Positions 29,217 through 40,324 are shown, counted from the stretch's first letter. The stretch is 64,000 bases of DNA from an archaeon (GCA_024276825.1 JAJRWI010000015.1:44723-108722); one strand, 5' to 3'. Notes: generated by a model not told the origin, from the letters alone. Program-made: numbers and translations.

Positions 29217-30521
29217 CTATACGATATATGTATCACTTGTTTCGACATTCAGAGTGGGGTCGTAGGTCCAGTCAGTCTTGGTCACATCAATAACACTCAC
29301 CATATGTTCACCAGATGCAACATCCTGTTGGATGAAATAGGCAACACCACTGGAGTCAGTTGTCGCAGTCAGTCGAATCACAGTACCATCAGGGTGGGTC
29401 CAGTCGATTGTGACATCCGCCCCTGAAACCGGGTTGCCATCTGTGTCAACAATTGTGATGAAACATTCAAGGTCGGTGCGTGGTGTTCTACCATGGATGA
29501 TCACTTCATTCCATGAGATGTCTTGAACATACATGGTCTGTGTTGTGCCAGAGCCGCCTCCAGAACTATCGCCGGTGACTCCTGCCTCAGTGCTAGCATG
29601 ATAGATGAGTTTACCAATAGATGTGGCACCAAGCTGCATGACTTCTACATTCCATGCATATAGCTGGTCGGTGGTGCCTTCAACGGTTATTCCATGATGT
29701 GTTGTAGTGATCTTATTGGTAAAACCATATACAATCTCTTCAAGAAACTCCTGATAGTGATCGCCAACATCCTGTCCCTCATAGCCCAGAGTTCGCCCCT
29801 CACGGTCAGGACCCATGTTTGCATATTGGGCACACCAGAGAGTTTCAGCGGCTGCACTATCATTCACCAATGGCTCAGTCACATCAGGGCGTATGGCATC
29901 GAACTCGTACTCATAGGCCTCCCAAGCCCTTGTTGTTGCCTTCTCGTGGCAGCTGTGATAGCTCATCCTGTAGAAGTACGAACCAACTCTCCCACTGAAT
30001 TCTTCATGCTCTTTTCCACTATCGCTTGCATCATCATCTGTATGCATCGGATTACAAATATCAGAGAGGTAATGTGTCAACAACCCCATGGCCTTTCGTG
30101 CATCAGATGCATATGAAGAGTCAGCGGGTTGTCCTGCATTCACCCAGAGGGTGAGATTGCCAACCACCCAGTCATAGCATGTCTGCACAGCATTTGGGGC
30201 ACCACGGTCTGGTGGGCCTCCCCTATAGCCATAGTCGCCAAAGTCGTAATTATGATTAGTCCAGTCTTGAAGGACCATGTCTGGTACTTCAGTCCAGTAG
30301 AGATATTCAGACATGTCCTCCTCAAGCCAAGTAACAAGTTGAGGAAACTGTTCCTTGACATATATCATTCCGTACTTCGCGAATTGATCATGTGTTCCAT
30401 AATCAGGGTTACTTGGATCGTTGCTCGCACCGCCATTACTCCAGGCATTGGCCACCGTGGGACCAGTGCCAAGTATCATGAGCGAGAGCAAGAACAAAAA
30501 CAAGAGATGTTTTGATCTCAT
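29217..30521 (-). CDS. Secreted Zn-dependent phospholipase C / S1-P1 nuclease-family protein with C-terminal Ig-like domain
   Basis: Signal ANA|W (mature Trp1), GTHD, PD, G..THY.SD..NPMHT, H..HE zinc ligands; Gly linker. Confidence 0.85.
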   Translation of the reverse strand: MRSKHLLFLFLLSLMILGTGPTVANAWSNGGASNDPSNPDYGTHDQFAKYGMIYVKEQFPQLVTWLEEDMSEYLYWTEVPDMVLQDWTNHNYDFGDYGYRGGPPDRGAPNAVQTCYDWVVGNLTLWVNAGQPADSSYASDARKAMGLLTHYLSDICNPMHTDDDASDSGKEHEEFSGRVGSYFYRMSYHSCHEKATTRAWEAYEYEFDAIRPDVTEPLVNDSAAAETLWCAQYANMGPDREGRTLGYEGQDVGDHYQEFLEEIVYGFTNKITTTHHGITVEGTTDQLYAWNVEVMQLGATSIGKLIYHASTEAGVTGDSSGGGSGTTQTMYVQDISWNEVIIHGRTPRTDLECFITIVDTDGNPVSGADVTIDWTHPDGTVIRLTATTDSSGVAYFIQQDVASGEHMVSVIDVTKTDWTYDPTLNVETSDTYIV

Positions 30522-30674
30522 CTTTGAGCCTCCAATGAAAATGGGTATATTATATACCTTATTAATATATAGGATTCATATTTTACCCAACATTTATTAG
30601 GGACTGTATCATACGAAAACCACCAAAATTGACGGACCAGGAGAGGTCAGTCGAGTTGGCAAGGTGAGAAAATA

Positions 30675-31724
30675 GTGAGAAACAAAACCTACGCAGGACT
30701 GGTCTTGTTCTTTCTTGTTGTAGCAGCTTTCCCCATAGTCACAAATGCCATGGCTTTGAACTCAGGCAGAGATGGTTTTGTGATCTATCCAGGTCCACCA
30801 TCATGGCTTGGTGGAGGCGATGACACAACAACATACCCATGGCAAGATGATGACCCCGAAACCCCGTGGGGTATCGAGCGAGTCTTCAATGGAAACTATG
30901 ACGGAGACCAGCCTACCACTTCCGTACAAGTGGCGATACTTGATACTGGAATCGACCTAGACCACCCAGATCTGGCTCCGAACATCGCTTGGGCAGTTGA
31001 TGCTACTGGCGGTGGCAATCCCAATGATGTAAATGGACATGGCACTCATGTTGCAGGCACCATTGGTGCGATCAGGGACAATGCCGGAGTTGTTGGCATG
31101 TATGCCAATGTTGACATCTATGCAATCAAGGTCTTGGGCAATGGTGGTCGTGGTGACTGGGGTGACCTTGCCACTGGAATCTATCTCGCTTGTGCGGGAC
31201 CTGACGGTGTTGAAGGTAATGCTGATGATGCTGATGTCATTAGCATGAGTCTAGGTGGCTCTTCGGCCCCACAGGAGGTTCATGATGCAATTATCCATGC
31301 ATACAACATGGGTATTGTCATCGTTGCTGCAGCTGGAAATGAGGGAGATGGAGACCCATCCACAGAAGAAATCTCATACCCTGCAGCATATGCAGAAGTA
31401 ATTGCAGTTGGTGCAACTGACAAGGACGACAGTATTGCCTCCTTCTCAAACACAGGTTCATATCTTGAAGTGGCAGCACCTGGTGTCAGCATCTATAGCA
31501 CATACAAGAATGGCGGTTATGACACATTATCAGGCACTTCCATGGCATGTCCTCATGTCACTGGTCTTGTGGCCTTGATAATCGCAATCAACGGCAAGAT
31601 GCCTGTTGGCACCTTTGATGACACTGGTACTGACACAATAAGAGGTTACCTTCACAGCACAGCCCTAGACCTTGGCCCATCTGGCTGGGATCCAGCTTAT
31701 GGCTATGGTCTGATTCAGAGATAG
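30675..31724 (+). CDS. Secreted subtilisin-family (S8) serine protease
   Basis: ILDTG, GHGTHVAG, AAAGN, SGTSMACPHV catalytic motifs; signal peptide. Confidence 0.97.
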   Translation: MRNKTYAGLVLFFLVVAAFPIVTNAMALNSGRDGFVIYPGPPSWLGGGDDTTTYPWQDDDPETPWGIERVFNGNYDGDQPTTSVQVAILDTGIDLDHPDLAPNIAWAVDATGGGNPNDVNGHGTHVAGTIGAIRDNAGVVGMYANVDIYAIKVLGNGGRGDWGDLATGIYLACAGPDGVEGNADDADVISMSLGGSSAPQEVHDAIIHAYNMGIVIVAAAGNEGDGDPSTEEISYPAAYAEVIAVGATDKDDSIASFSNTGSYLEVAAPGVSIYSTYKNGGYDTLSGTSMACPHVTGLVALIIAINGKMPVGTFDDTGTDTIRGYLHSTALDLGPSGWDPAYGYGLIQR

Positions 31725-31744
31725 ACATTCAGTGATGCATGTGG

Positions 31745-31793
31745 ATGCAGGCAGACTCAGTTATTGAACAGCCTGCATTCAATCCTTTTTTTC
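31745..31793 (+). terminator. Hairpin plus T-run terminator
   Basis: ATGCAGGC...GCCTGCAT followed by a T-run. Confidence 0.6.
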
Positions 31794-31811
31794 AAAGTCT
31801 TAATTGTCGAT

Positions 31812-32027
31812 TCACCTGAAGTCTGCCAGTGCGTTTCTTAGTTTATCAATAAAGAACTCATCCTCTTCAAGTCTGCGCTTGAACTCGCGCCAAGTGGAAG
31901 AGCATCTCTTATACTCAATTCCAAGGAGTTCATGAATCTTCTTGTCAATCTCTCGTTTGTTCTCCTTGGTAACTTCAACTCCGATCTCCACAAAGATGTC
32001 CTTGATGTGCCGGAAATAACATGTCAT
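31812..32027 (-). CDS. Small conserved archaeal protein
   Basis: MTCYFRH...GVEVT.EN...ID..IH...C..TW pattern. Confidence 0.7.
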   Translation of the reverse strand: MTCYFRHIKDIFVEIGVEVTKENKREIDKKIHELLGIEYKRCSSTWREFKRRLEEDEFFIDKLRNALADFR

Positions 32028-32129
32028 GATTATCACACTCTGTGATGATAGAGTAATCTTCGTCCGGTGCAATAAATCCTATGCCAATCCACTTATATAT
32101 AGTTAAGTTGAGTGTGATGAGGAAGAATC

Positions 32130-33131
32130 ATGAAGTATAGAAGAGTTGGAAAGAGCGGACTGAAGATAAGCGAGCTGTCATTGGGAACATGGCTCACTTT
32201 TGGTGGAACAATGGAGGATGAGGTTGCAGAGCAATGCATCAATACTGCCATTGAAAATGGGATTAACTTCATCGATTCTGCAGAGATCTATGCCCGAGGT
32301 GGTGCTGAAAAGGTCATTGGAGAATGGCTTGCTGAAGAAACTGTTGATAGGAACAAGATTGTGATTTCCAGCAAAGTGTTCTGGCCCACAAGCGATAATG
32401 TTAACGACTGGGGGCTTAACAGAAAAAACATCATGAGTGCCATAGAGGGCACTCTTGAACGTCTGGGCACCGATCACATTGACATCTATTTCATGCATCG
32501 ATTTGATTATACAACGCCGCTGCGCGAAACAGTTGAAGTGGTTGATGACTTGATCCGTTCGGGCATGACGCATTACTGGGGAACATCAGCCTGGACTGCT
32601 GCACAACTTGAGAGGGTTCATGCAATAGCGCGTGAGATAGGCGCACATCCGCCAATTGTTGAACAGCCAATGTATAATATGTTCTTCAGACATATCGAAC
32701 TTGAGATAATGCGGGTTGCAACCGACCTTGGAATGGGATTCACGGTCTTTAGTCCTCTTGCTCAAGGGCTACTTACGGGAAAGTACAATGAAGGCATCCC
32801 AGAGGGTAGTCGGGGCAGCAGATTTGAGTCCCTCAAGAAGAGGCTCACCCCTGAAACTCTGGCCAAGCTGAAAAAACTGGCAGAGATCGCGGAGTCGTTG
32901 GACATAACCATGAGCCAATTGGGTCTGGCGTGGATACTCAGACGACCCGAGATCTCAGCAGCACTGATAGGCGCATCTCGACCCGAACATATCATTGAGA
33001 ATGTGAAGGCCTCCGATGTGAAACTGAACAATAATGTGCTGGAGGAGATTGAAGGAGTTTTGAAAAATAAGCCAGCATGGCCTGAAACATACGAGCCAAA
33101 CATATACTATGAGGACAGGATTAGATATTGA
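32130..33131 (+). CDS. Aldo/keto reductase (Kv-beta-like)
   Basis: GKSGLKISELSLGTW, D.AE.Y, SSK, HRFD, SPLAQGLLTGKY, IGAS. Confidence 0.95.
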   Translation: MKYRRVGKSGLKISELSLGTWLTFGGTMEDEVAEQCINTAIENGINFIDSAEIYARGGAEKVIGEWLAEETVDRNKIVISSKVFWPTSDNVNDWGLNRKNIMSAIEGTLERLGTDHIDIYFMHRFDYTTPLRETVEVVDDLIRSGMTHYWGTSAWTAAQLERVHAIAREIGAHPPIVEQPMYNMFFRHIELEIMRVATDLGMGFTVFSPLAQGLLTGKYNEGIPEGSRGSRFESLKKRLTPETLAKLKKLAEIAESLDITMSQLGLAWILRRPEISAALIGASRPEHIIENVKASDVKLNNNVLEEIEGVLKNKPAWPETYEPNIYYEDRIRY

Positions 33132-33574
33132 ACCTTAGCGATGAACCGTATTACAAGACTTGGTTGTGGATTCCCAAGGTCTGGCTAATTACATATGTTG
33201 TTGCGGTGTTAGCATCATTTTTTTCAGTGCAGATATTTGGTCCAAGGTCCTATAGAATGGCCATCGGACTCGTTGTATTTGGCTTAGGAATTCCCCTGAC
33301 ATTCAAAAGCCTAGTTGGAGTTGGATGTGATGTCAGGTTCCAGATCTGTGCGTTGGTGAAGGGGATGATAGCAGGAGGAGCTTTCCTCCTTCTAACATTT
33401 ATTGCCGATCCTCTCACATGGTCAGTGATCAGTCAGCTCGTTGCATGGACCCCGTTGTCAGATCCCATAGAACTCTGGAGCATCCAGCAGGTCTGGATAT
33501 TTACTGGACTCTTTGGAGGCTTTGCTGCAAGAGTTGTGGAAGTCAAAAGAATTAATGTCAGTTATCGTAGATGA
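33128..33574 (+). CDS. Hypothetical membrane protein
   Basis: About 4 hydrophobic helices; start overlaps the upstream stop. Confidence 0.7.
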   Translation: MNLSDEPYYKTWLWIPKVWLITYVVAVLASFFSVQIFGPRSYRMAIGLVVFGLGIPLTFKSLVGVGCDVRFQICALVKGMIAGGAFLLLTFIADPLTWSVISQLVAWTPLSDPIELWSIQQVWIFTGLFGGFAARVVEVKRINVSYRR

Positions 33575-34320
33575 GAGTTTCAGGCGATTGGAAAGGCTTA
33601 ATTCAAAAAATCCGAAACGAGATTATTAATATGCAAGAAGACAAATATGATTGGGAAACACTGGACTGGCTCGCAAATGCTAGAGAACTTATTCATTGGG
33701 CGAATTCAATAGTCGATGGGGTTCCAGTTCTATTGCTGATCAGGCATTCTCACAGAGAGACCATAGAATCTATGGAAGAGATGGTGGAGAAGAGGATAAC
33801 GCCACTTGGGAAAGAGATGGCTGTTGAGTTTGGAAAACGACTGCCCACTAATCGTGAACTTGAGATAATGCACAGCTTCGTCCCAAGATGTAGAGAGACC
33901 GCTCATGCAATTGCGGAAGGGTTTGAACAGGTGGGTGGAGAGGTACGCAGTATTGAAGATGTTGTCTTTCTTGTCGGACCTCAGGTGTTGGACAGGTCAA
34001 TCTGGGGCAGGCTTGGGACTGATGGAGAGAGTACTGCAGACTTTGTGAATTACTGGGCTGACGGTAAATTTCCAGAACAGAAGATTGAGCCATTTGAACA
34101 GTATATCCACAGAGTCAAAGATGAGTTTGTCAAGCGGCTCATAAGTAGTGAGGATAATGCGCTGCATGTTCATGTCACTCATGATCTCACGCTTTTGAGT
34201 TCAAAACGTCATTTTTTCAGAAATCCCATTGATATAAGCATGAGACCGCCGTATCTTGGTGGTCTGGGGATTACCATTGAGGGCAACAGACTGATGATCT
34301 TTGATCCGATACGTGACTGA
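33571..34320 (+). CDS. Histidine phosphatase-family protein
   Basis: LIRHS, S...RC.ETA, VTHD motifs. Confidence 0.85.
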   Translation: MRVSGDWKGLIQKIRNEIINMQEDKYDWETLDWLANARELIHWANSIVDGVPVLLLIRHSHRETIESMEEMVEKRITPLGKEMAVEFGKRLPTNRELEIMHSFVPRCRETAHAIAEGFEQVGGEVRSIEDVVFLVGPQVLDRSIWGRLGTDGESTADFVNYWADGKFPEQKIEPFEQYIHRVKDEFVKRLISSEDNALHVHVTHDLTLLSSKRHFFRNPIDISMRPPYLGGLGITIEGNRLMIFDPIRD

Positions 34321-34335
34321 GAGGAAGAGCGAGTA

Positions 34336-35565
34336 TCATGGCCAGTCAAATGCTTTGTTCCAAGTGACACTTGAACCAGAGTAGGGATTTTTGTAGACTG
34401 TCTTGTAAAACTCTACGACCTTGTCATTTGATATTGCACGATTAAATGTAGGCAGGACAAAATCTGTTCGGCCAATATAGTAAGTGAACACATAGGGTGC
34501 CCAGAAATTGGGCTGTCCCTCTTCATTCTCAGGCCGGATGAACATCATAACCGCACTGGCGTACTTGCGGTTCTGAAATGTGTGTTCCATAATATAGTCA
34601 ATCGTGTCTTCAGCAGTGTAGCCTTCATGGTTTACCATTATTGCCGCATTTATCGAGATCATCCGTCTCAAGCGATAGTATATCTCAGTGGCCTTGATCA
34701 GAGGACCATTATCCTTCACTCCCAGAAAGTCCTTGGCAGTATCAGCGGTGCCCTCTGAGATCACGCAACGCCCTGTGTGCAGTGGGACTATTGAGAGGTC
34801 TACAAATCCTCTCTCGCGGTAGAACTTCTCCCTCCACAGGTTTGAAACATGATGTTCATATTCATGATATATGACAGAGATCATGGAATACTTGTTGAAA
34901 GTCCTGTCAACATTGAACTGATTCACTGACTTGAAGTTCCCCATATAGTAGTTATAGCCACTCCAAGGTTGACCAGTGACAATCTGATATTCTACACCAT
35001 TATCAGGGACTGTTTCGCCCATGAGCGAAAAGATGTGATTCTGAAATAATTGGCCGACTTCTACCGTCTTCTGTTGAAGTTCGCCCAAGATTAGATTCTT
35101 GAGAGCATCACCCTGGATCATGCCTTCCAAAGTGAGCCGCCGGATGCGTTTCTCCAAGCTCTCATCAGGAAACTCTGTGAGTTGTGTGTCCAGTTCATCC
35201 AGAGTGTCAATAATGACTTCATCTGGAAATTTCTTCACTTTAATGTGAAACAGTTCACTCACAAGTTTGATGTATTCGGGATCCCTGTCATCAAGCCATC
35301 TGACCACTGATGCTAGTGATCTGGTTTCTCCGAGTAGAAAGTCAAGTCTTATTGATGGAGGTAATTCTTCACGTAGGAGGTCGAGCAGTTCTAAAAGGTC
35401 ACTCTCGAGGGTTTCAGCATCCTTGTCATGACTCTGGAGTGTAGGGGACAGTTCTTTGGGTCCAAAGTATGCATCAACCACACTGACTCCTGTAAGACGT
35501 TTTGTGAAATTTCCGACTTCCCCGCAGAGTTTGACAAACAGGCTTGGAGCATCCATTTCAATCAT
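34336..35565 (-). CDS. Putative gluzincin metallopeptidase (DUF885-like)
   Basis: HEYEH (HExxH) with downstream SEG.A; VDAYFGP N-terminal motif. Confidence 0.6.
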   Translation of the reverse strand: MIEMDAPSLFVKLCGEVGNFTKRLTGVSVVDAYFGPKELSPTLQSHDKDAETLESDLLELLDLLREELPPSIRLDFLLGETRSLASVVRWLDDRDPEYIKLVSELFHIKVKKFPDEVIIDTLDELDTQLTEFPDESLEKRIRRLTLEGMIQGDALKNLILGELQQKTVEVGQLFQNHIFSLMGETVPDNGVEYQIVTGQPWSGYNYYMGNFKSVNQFNVDRTFNKYSMISVIYHEYEHHVSNLWREKFYRERGFVDLSIVPLHTGRCVISEGTADTAKDFLGVKDNGPLIKATEIYYRLRRMISINAAIMVNHEGYTAEDTIDYIMEHTFQNRKYASAVMMFIRPENEEGQPNFWAPYVFTYYIGRTDFVLPTFNRAISNDKVVEFYKTVYKNPYSGSSVTWNKAFDWP

Positions 35566-35643
35566 ATGCTGAAGAGATTCTAACTGCTATTGACTATTTG
35601 CTTTTTAGTAGAGAGATTCATATTATGAGTGTTGGAGTATCTA

Positions 35644-36711
35644 ATGGCGAAGATAATGGCAGAGGCTCTTGATCTGAAGTCATACGACCAGAGAGTCATC
35701 ATAAAGGGAATACTTCAGGAGAAGACAGGTACAATAGTCAGATGTCATACTTGTAATCATAACTGCAACATCAGAGAGGGAAGACTTGGAGTCTGCAAGA
35801 CCAGAGTGAATGTCAATGGAGAGATACTGTCTCTCTGCTACGGCAATGTGTCATCAGTGAGTAACAATCCCATTGAAAAGAAGCCATTCTTTCACTTTGC
35901 CCCAAGCACGAAGGCGCTGACTGTGGGGAGTTGGAGTTGTAACGCATCATGCAGCTTTTGTCAGAATCATGACATCTCGAAGACTCCACCTACACCAGGC
36001 TTATCGAAGTATATGAGTCCGGAGAGTTTTGTCGAGCGGGCAAAGAGAAACAGTGATGGAATATCAATCTCCTTCAATGAAGCGGCCACGTTGATGCTGG
36101 AATGGAATCTAGAAGTGTTCAGACTCGCGCACGAACAGGGACTTTACAACACAATCGTCACAAATGGATATATGACGAGAGAAGCCCTCGATTTGATGAT
36201 AGATGCAGGACTGGATGCTGCCAATGTTGACATAAAGGGATGCAGAAAAGAGGTCCTATCAGAATGCAGTATTGATGTTGATAGTGTCTGGAGCAATGTT
36301 GGTCATATGTTAAAGAGAGGAGTACATGTGGAACTGACAACTCTCGTGGTGCCTGGACTCAGCGACAACATGGAGTGTGCAAAAGGCATTGCTCAGCGAA
36401 TTGTTGAGATTGATCCATCAATCCCTTGGCACATCAATAGGTACTTTCCTCACTACAAGTATGGTGCACCTGCAACATCAATCGATCTTCTCAAGATGTT
36501 GTGGAGTCTTGCAAACAGATTAGGTGTTGAGTTTGTCTACATTGGCAATTTATGGAGGAAAGGCTATGAGGATACTATCTGTCCGCAGTGCGGTACCATC
36601 TGTTATGAGCGACATGGATTTAGGTCTTTCAACGCAGGAGTAGATGATGATGGACGATGCATTTTTTGTAAGTATGATCTTGGTATCAAGTTTTGGAGGA
36701 GTTACAAGTAG
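35644..36711 (+). CDS. amrS: AmmeMemoRadiSam-system radical SAM enzyme
   Basis: C..C.H.C....G..G.C..R, PIEKKP.FHF, CNASCSFCQN, YIGN...T.CP.CG. Confidence 0.9.
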   Translation: MAKIMAEALDLKSYDQRVIIKGILQEKTGTIVRCHTCNHNCNIREGRLGVCKTRVNVNGEILSLCYGNVSSVSNNPIEKKPFFHFAPSTKALTVGSWSCNASCSFCQNHDISKTPPTPGLSKYMSPESFVERAKRNSDGISISFNEAATLMLEWNLEVFRLAHEQGLYNTIVTNGYMTREALDLMIDAGLDAANVDIKGCRKEVLSECSIDVDSVWSNVGHMLKRGVHVELTTLVVPGLSDNMECAKGIAQRIVEIDPSIPWHINRYFPHYKYGAPATSIDLLKMLWSLANRLGVEFVYIGNLWRKGYEDTICPQCGTICYERHGFRSFNAGVDDDGRCIFCKYDLGIKFWRSYK

Positions 36712-37404
36712 ATGCTAGTAATTCTGTTCTTATTGGGAATGCTGTTGATGGTTCCACTTCATTTCAGGTCTCTTGAACATATCAAGTTGAGAGAGAAATA
36801 TGGAGAGGAGAAGGGGAAGGAGAGGGGTGCTATTCTGGGGATGATTTCGGGCTGGGGTTTCTTTGGCTTCTGGATTGGAGTCTGGATCGCACCACAACCA
36901 CAGTTTATCATACCACTCTTTGACACCATGATTATCCAGATGCCTGTCATCAACCTTGCAGTCCCAATAGTGCATCTGATTATTGCTCTGGCATTCCTAT
37001 TGTTGGGGGCGTGGCTAGGGATTGTTGGAGTGATGAGCCTTGGGCTGGAGGTTTCCGAGAAGCACCAGCCAAGGAGAGTAATCACTGAAGGGCCCTACTC
37101 ACACATGCGTCATCCTCAATACTTGGGTGGAATATTGGCCCATATTGGAGTGGTCTTCCTACTATCAGCAGGAGCCGCTCTATTGTTCACGCCAATCATA
37201 GTCTTGGTAAATTATCTGATGTGCAGGAAGGAGGAACAGGAGCTGATTCATGAGTTTGGAGATGAGTATTTCGAGTATCAAAGAAGAGTTCCCATGCTTC
37301 CCTTCTTTCACAGAAAGTCAATAAGGAGTAATGGGCCAGAGTCAGGTCTATTACGATCTTCTGATAATGAACACAACTCCAACAATGAAGACAACTGCAA
37401 CTAA
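36712..37404 (+). CDS. ICMT/PEMT-family membrane methyltransferase
   Basis: [28 protein letters not shown]. Confidence 0.85.
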   Translation: MLVILFLLGMLLMVPLHFRSLEHIKLREKYGEEKGKERGAILGMISGWGFFGFWIGVWIAPQPQFIIPLFDTMIIQMPVINLAVPIVHLIIALAFLLLGAWLGIVGVMSLGLEVSEKHQPRRVITEGPYSHMRHPQYLGGILAHIGVVFLLSAGAALLFTPIIVLVNYLMCRKEEQELIHEFGDEYFEYQRRVPMLPFFHRKSIRSNGPESGLLRSSDNEHNSNNEDNCN

Positions 37405-38361
37405 CATTGTGAAGGTTTCGGTAGTCAGGAGGGAAGACTGGTCATCAACATCGGGAATGGTTCCATCTGTAGTCAGAGTGGTTGTTTCGGTGGTGTTAGA
37501 CTTCCAGCCGGCAAGTCTGGCAACAAGCCACCAGAGGGCCCTGCCTTTTTGCTCACAACTTGTGAATGTAGTATGACCCGCCTGATCGCCGTTGAAGTCC
37601 TCATGCTCCACAGGGATTGTGTAGGTTGTACCATCGACCTCGTACTGGTAAGTGTTCTGGCTGCCATTGCTCCAGCAGTCAAGGTCTGCAAAGTCAAAGA
37701 GCACCTTGTTGTTTTCAATGCAGTATTGCCTGATCATATTGTTGCGCAACCAGCGATTGTAACCTTCTTCACCTGTTGCCTGCGCATTGCAAGTCATATA
37801 GACAAATGTAACATCAAGATTAGCTGCCTCTAGAGAGGCCATTGCATCAAGATACGCTTGAGCCTGTGCCTCTGAATAATAGTAGAGCTGAGTGCACCAT
37901 GACCACATTGATACGGTAATGCTGGGATTGGCATTAAGGGTATTTTGAGTCAGGGCCAGACCATCACTAGTTTCCCAGTAAAGATCAGGAGTGATATAGG
38001 TCTCAGGAGGATTTCCATCAAGGATGCAGAGGGCATCTTCAACATCTGGTAGTGAACTGTGTGATTGCACCTGCGCATATGCTGCATCATTGCTCTCAAT
38101 TCGATCAAGGCCAGTTATTATTTGACTGCCATGACTTGTGTGAGCATAATGTATCTTGACATTCTTTTGAGCTGCATCAATCCACTCTGATGGAATTGAT
38201 GAGAGATCAATGCAGTTGTGATCAATAATCAGACCGCCAGTCCATTGTGATGCATTCCTCTCATATGACTGCGTTATTGCATTAACATTGCTTGGTACCG
38301 TTGTCAGCACGAGGAGTGCCAGAATCATAGAAAAAGACAGAAATGTGGTGGTTCGCTTCAT
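37351..38361 (-). CDS. Surface-anchored protein, SGNH-hydrolase-like
   Basis: Signal peptide, [15 protein letters not shown], Thr-rich linker, C-terminal TM with RR. Confidence 0.6.
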   Translation of the reverse strand: MKRTTTFLSFSMILALLVLTTVPSNVNAITQSYERNASQWTGGLIIDHNCIDLSSIPSEWIDAAQKNVKIHYAHTSHGSQIITGLDRIESNDAAYAQVQSHSSLPDVEDALCILDGNPPETYITPDLYWETSDGLALTQNTLNANPSITVSMWSWCTQLYYYSEAQAQAYLDAMASLEAANLDVTFVYMTCNAQATGEEGYNRWLRNNMIRQYCIENNKVLFDFADLDCWSNGSQNTYQYEVDGTTYTIPVEHEDFNGDQAGHTTFTSCEQKGRALWWLVARLAGWKSNTTETTTLTTDGTIPDVDDQSSLLTTETFTMLVAVVFIVGVVFIIRRS

Positions 38362-38578
38362 AATTAAAAACTCCAGCAAATATCAATGATATCTCATACC
38401 TTTTTGCTTTTTGCAGACAAAAACTCAACGACCTTAAATCCGCAGCTTTGAATGAAATATTGACATGTTTCATGTCAAGCCTCGAAAATTGGCATCTGCT
38501 CCAGGGAGCGTTTTTTGTGCTCCCACCACTTTTCAAATATGAACTTAAAAAAAAAGAGGGGGAAGTGTTGAACTTCCC

Positions 38579-40324
38579 CTAAGAAGACTTTCGCAGTGAT
38601 ACAGTCCTTATGCCAACAAGAACCAACGCTAAGACTCCAACACCCCCAACGCCAATGGATGCTATCAATACAGAATCGATGAATTGACTCACTTGGCTTG
38701 GAGATTGATTCGGAAAGACTGAGAATATCGGATCGTGCGTGATAGAATAACCACTCCAATTCGAATAGCAAGAGCTATAGTAATACACCTGCCATGTGTA
38801 TGATTCAAGGGCATCCATTGTTCCTGCGGGAGTCATCTCATTAGCGGTTTCTGAATAGAATAGGGACGGCATCACAGCAGTGCTCACATTATAGGTAGCG
38901 CCATTCTTGCCCCATACATAAGTCCCGCCAAAGTCAACCATTGTTCGAATGGCATCCTCATCAATGAACTGCAAAGTCCCATCAGGAATATCCTCGACAT
39001 ATGTGAGGTTTGATGGTATTTCTGGAAGCTCACCAGGTTCATCATAAGTTCCTGTAGGATCCAAGTCTTCATCATATGCCTCAGCAGTTATTGAATAGCT
39101 TGAAAATGAACTCCAGTAGTTGAGGGCTAGACTGAGCCCCTGGATCTCCTCAACTTGACCCCCAGTTTCGGGATCGGAGAAGTCTCCGATATATTGGTCA
39201 ATCTTTAGAACTGCGGCTTCGTCTACAACATCAAACTTGTAGGTCATGGAGAAACTATCCAGATTGACAGCAATAGGTTCTGGGGAGTCAAAAGAGAAGC
39301 CATTGTCATTCCCAAAGCCATAGTCCATCTCATAAAGGTTGTCAAAGTACAAGATAGGAAGCTCTGGCCATAACTCGCCTTCAATATTGGTGACCTCTGC
39401 ACCCCATTGAATCTCACCGTTGTCATTCAGATGAGGAGTTTCAATCTCGCCAATAGTCCCACTCGTGGGGATAAAGTCGTATACATACTCTGAGTTGTTG
39501 AGCTCGTAGTAGACCCAATCAGAGTAATTAGAGTCGTTCTCGTAATTGATAGGAACCTCAGTGTATGAAACATCCATGATGCCATTATTATTGGTGTCAT
39601 TGAATGCTGTCAGGCCGAGGAAGTAATGTTCCATCCATAGACTCTGGTTACCGCTGAGAAACATCTCATTGACATCGTAGCCATAGCCCCCATAGTCCCA
39701 CTCGTACTCGTATTCAATGCTCTCATTCATATAGGAGGCCCATTCGTATCCCTGAGCAAGATAGGGGATTACATCATTTGGATCCACTTCTGTCATGTTT
39801 TCATTGTACCAGACAAAGTCGCTTGAGTAGTACATGTATGAATAGTAGCTCGAGAAATAGAACAGAGAGTATAGAAACACTTCATCTCCTGTGAAGTACT
39901 GTGTGTCTGGCATCCAGAAGAGGTTCCAGATGTCAATGCTCTCGTTTTGCTCCGCAAGAGCTGCCATAACAGATGCATCGGGATCAAGAATAATGGTCAC
40001 CAGTAGACTTGTGAAGTTCCAATTATCCACATAGGAATAGGTGAAGTTGTCCTCAATATAATAGACATTACCATTGATGTCATAGACCTCATAATAGTAC
40101 GGTTCATACTCATATGGGTCATCATTGCCATTATACTCATAATTACCAGTATCGTTCCACCAGTCCCATGCCACATAGACCCCAGGCTTCATCTCAACAA
40201 ATGGATCTACAACTTGGGAAGGCGTGCCATTGGACTCTTGTGCGACCACACTGTTATGAGCGGCATTTAGGACAATGACACTCAACAGCAGGCCCAATGC
40301 AATGAATTGCATGCTTGTTTTCAA
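38579..40324 (-). CDS. Large acidic cell-surface/S-layer-like glycoprotein
   Basis: GGAGG SD and TTG start at 40324; signal peptide; D/E/Y/N-rich with many N-x-S/T sequons; C-terminal TM and basic tail. Confidence 0.75.
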   Translation of the reverse strand: MKTSMQFIALGLLLSVIVLNAAHNSVVAQESNGTPSQVVDPFVEMKPGVYVAWDWWNDTGNYEYNGNDDPYEYEPYYYEVYDINGNVYYIEDNFTYSYVDNWNFTSLLVTIILDPDASVMAALAEQNESIDIWNLFWMPDTQYFTGDEVFLYSLFYFSSYYSYMYYSSDFVWYNENMTEVDPNDVIPYLAQGYEWASYMNESIEYEYEWDYGGYGYDVNEMFLSGNQSLWMEHYFLGLTAFNDTNNNGIMDVSYTEVPINYENDSNYSDWVYYELNNSEYVYDFIPTSGTIGEIETPHLNDNGEIQWGAEVTNIEGELWPELPILYFDNLYEMDYGFGNDNGFSFDSPEPIAVNLDSFSMTYKFDVVDEAAVLKIDQYIGDFSDPETGGQVEEIQGLSLALNYWSSFSSYSITAEAYDEDLDPTGTYDEPGELPEIPSNLTYVEDIPDGTLQFIDEDAIRTMVDFGGTYVWGKNGATYNVSTAVMPSLFYSETANEMTPAGTMDALESYTWQVYYYSSCYSNWSGYSITHDPIFSVFPNQSPSQVSQFIDSVLIASIGVGGVGVLALVLVGIRTVSLRKSS

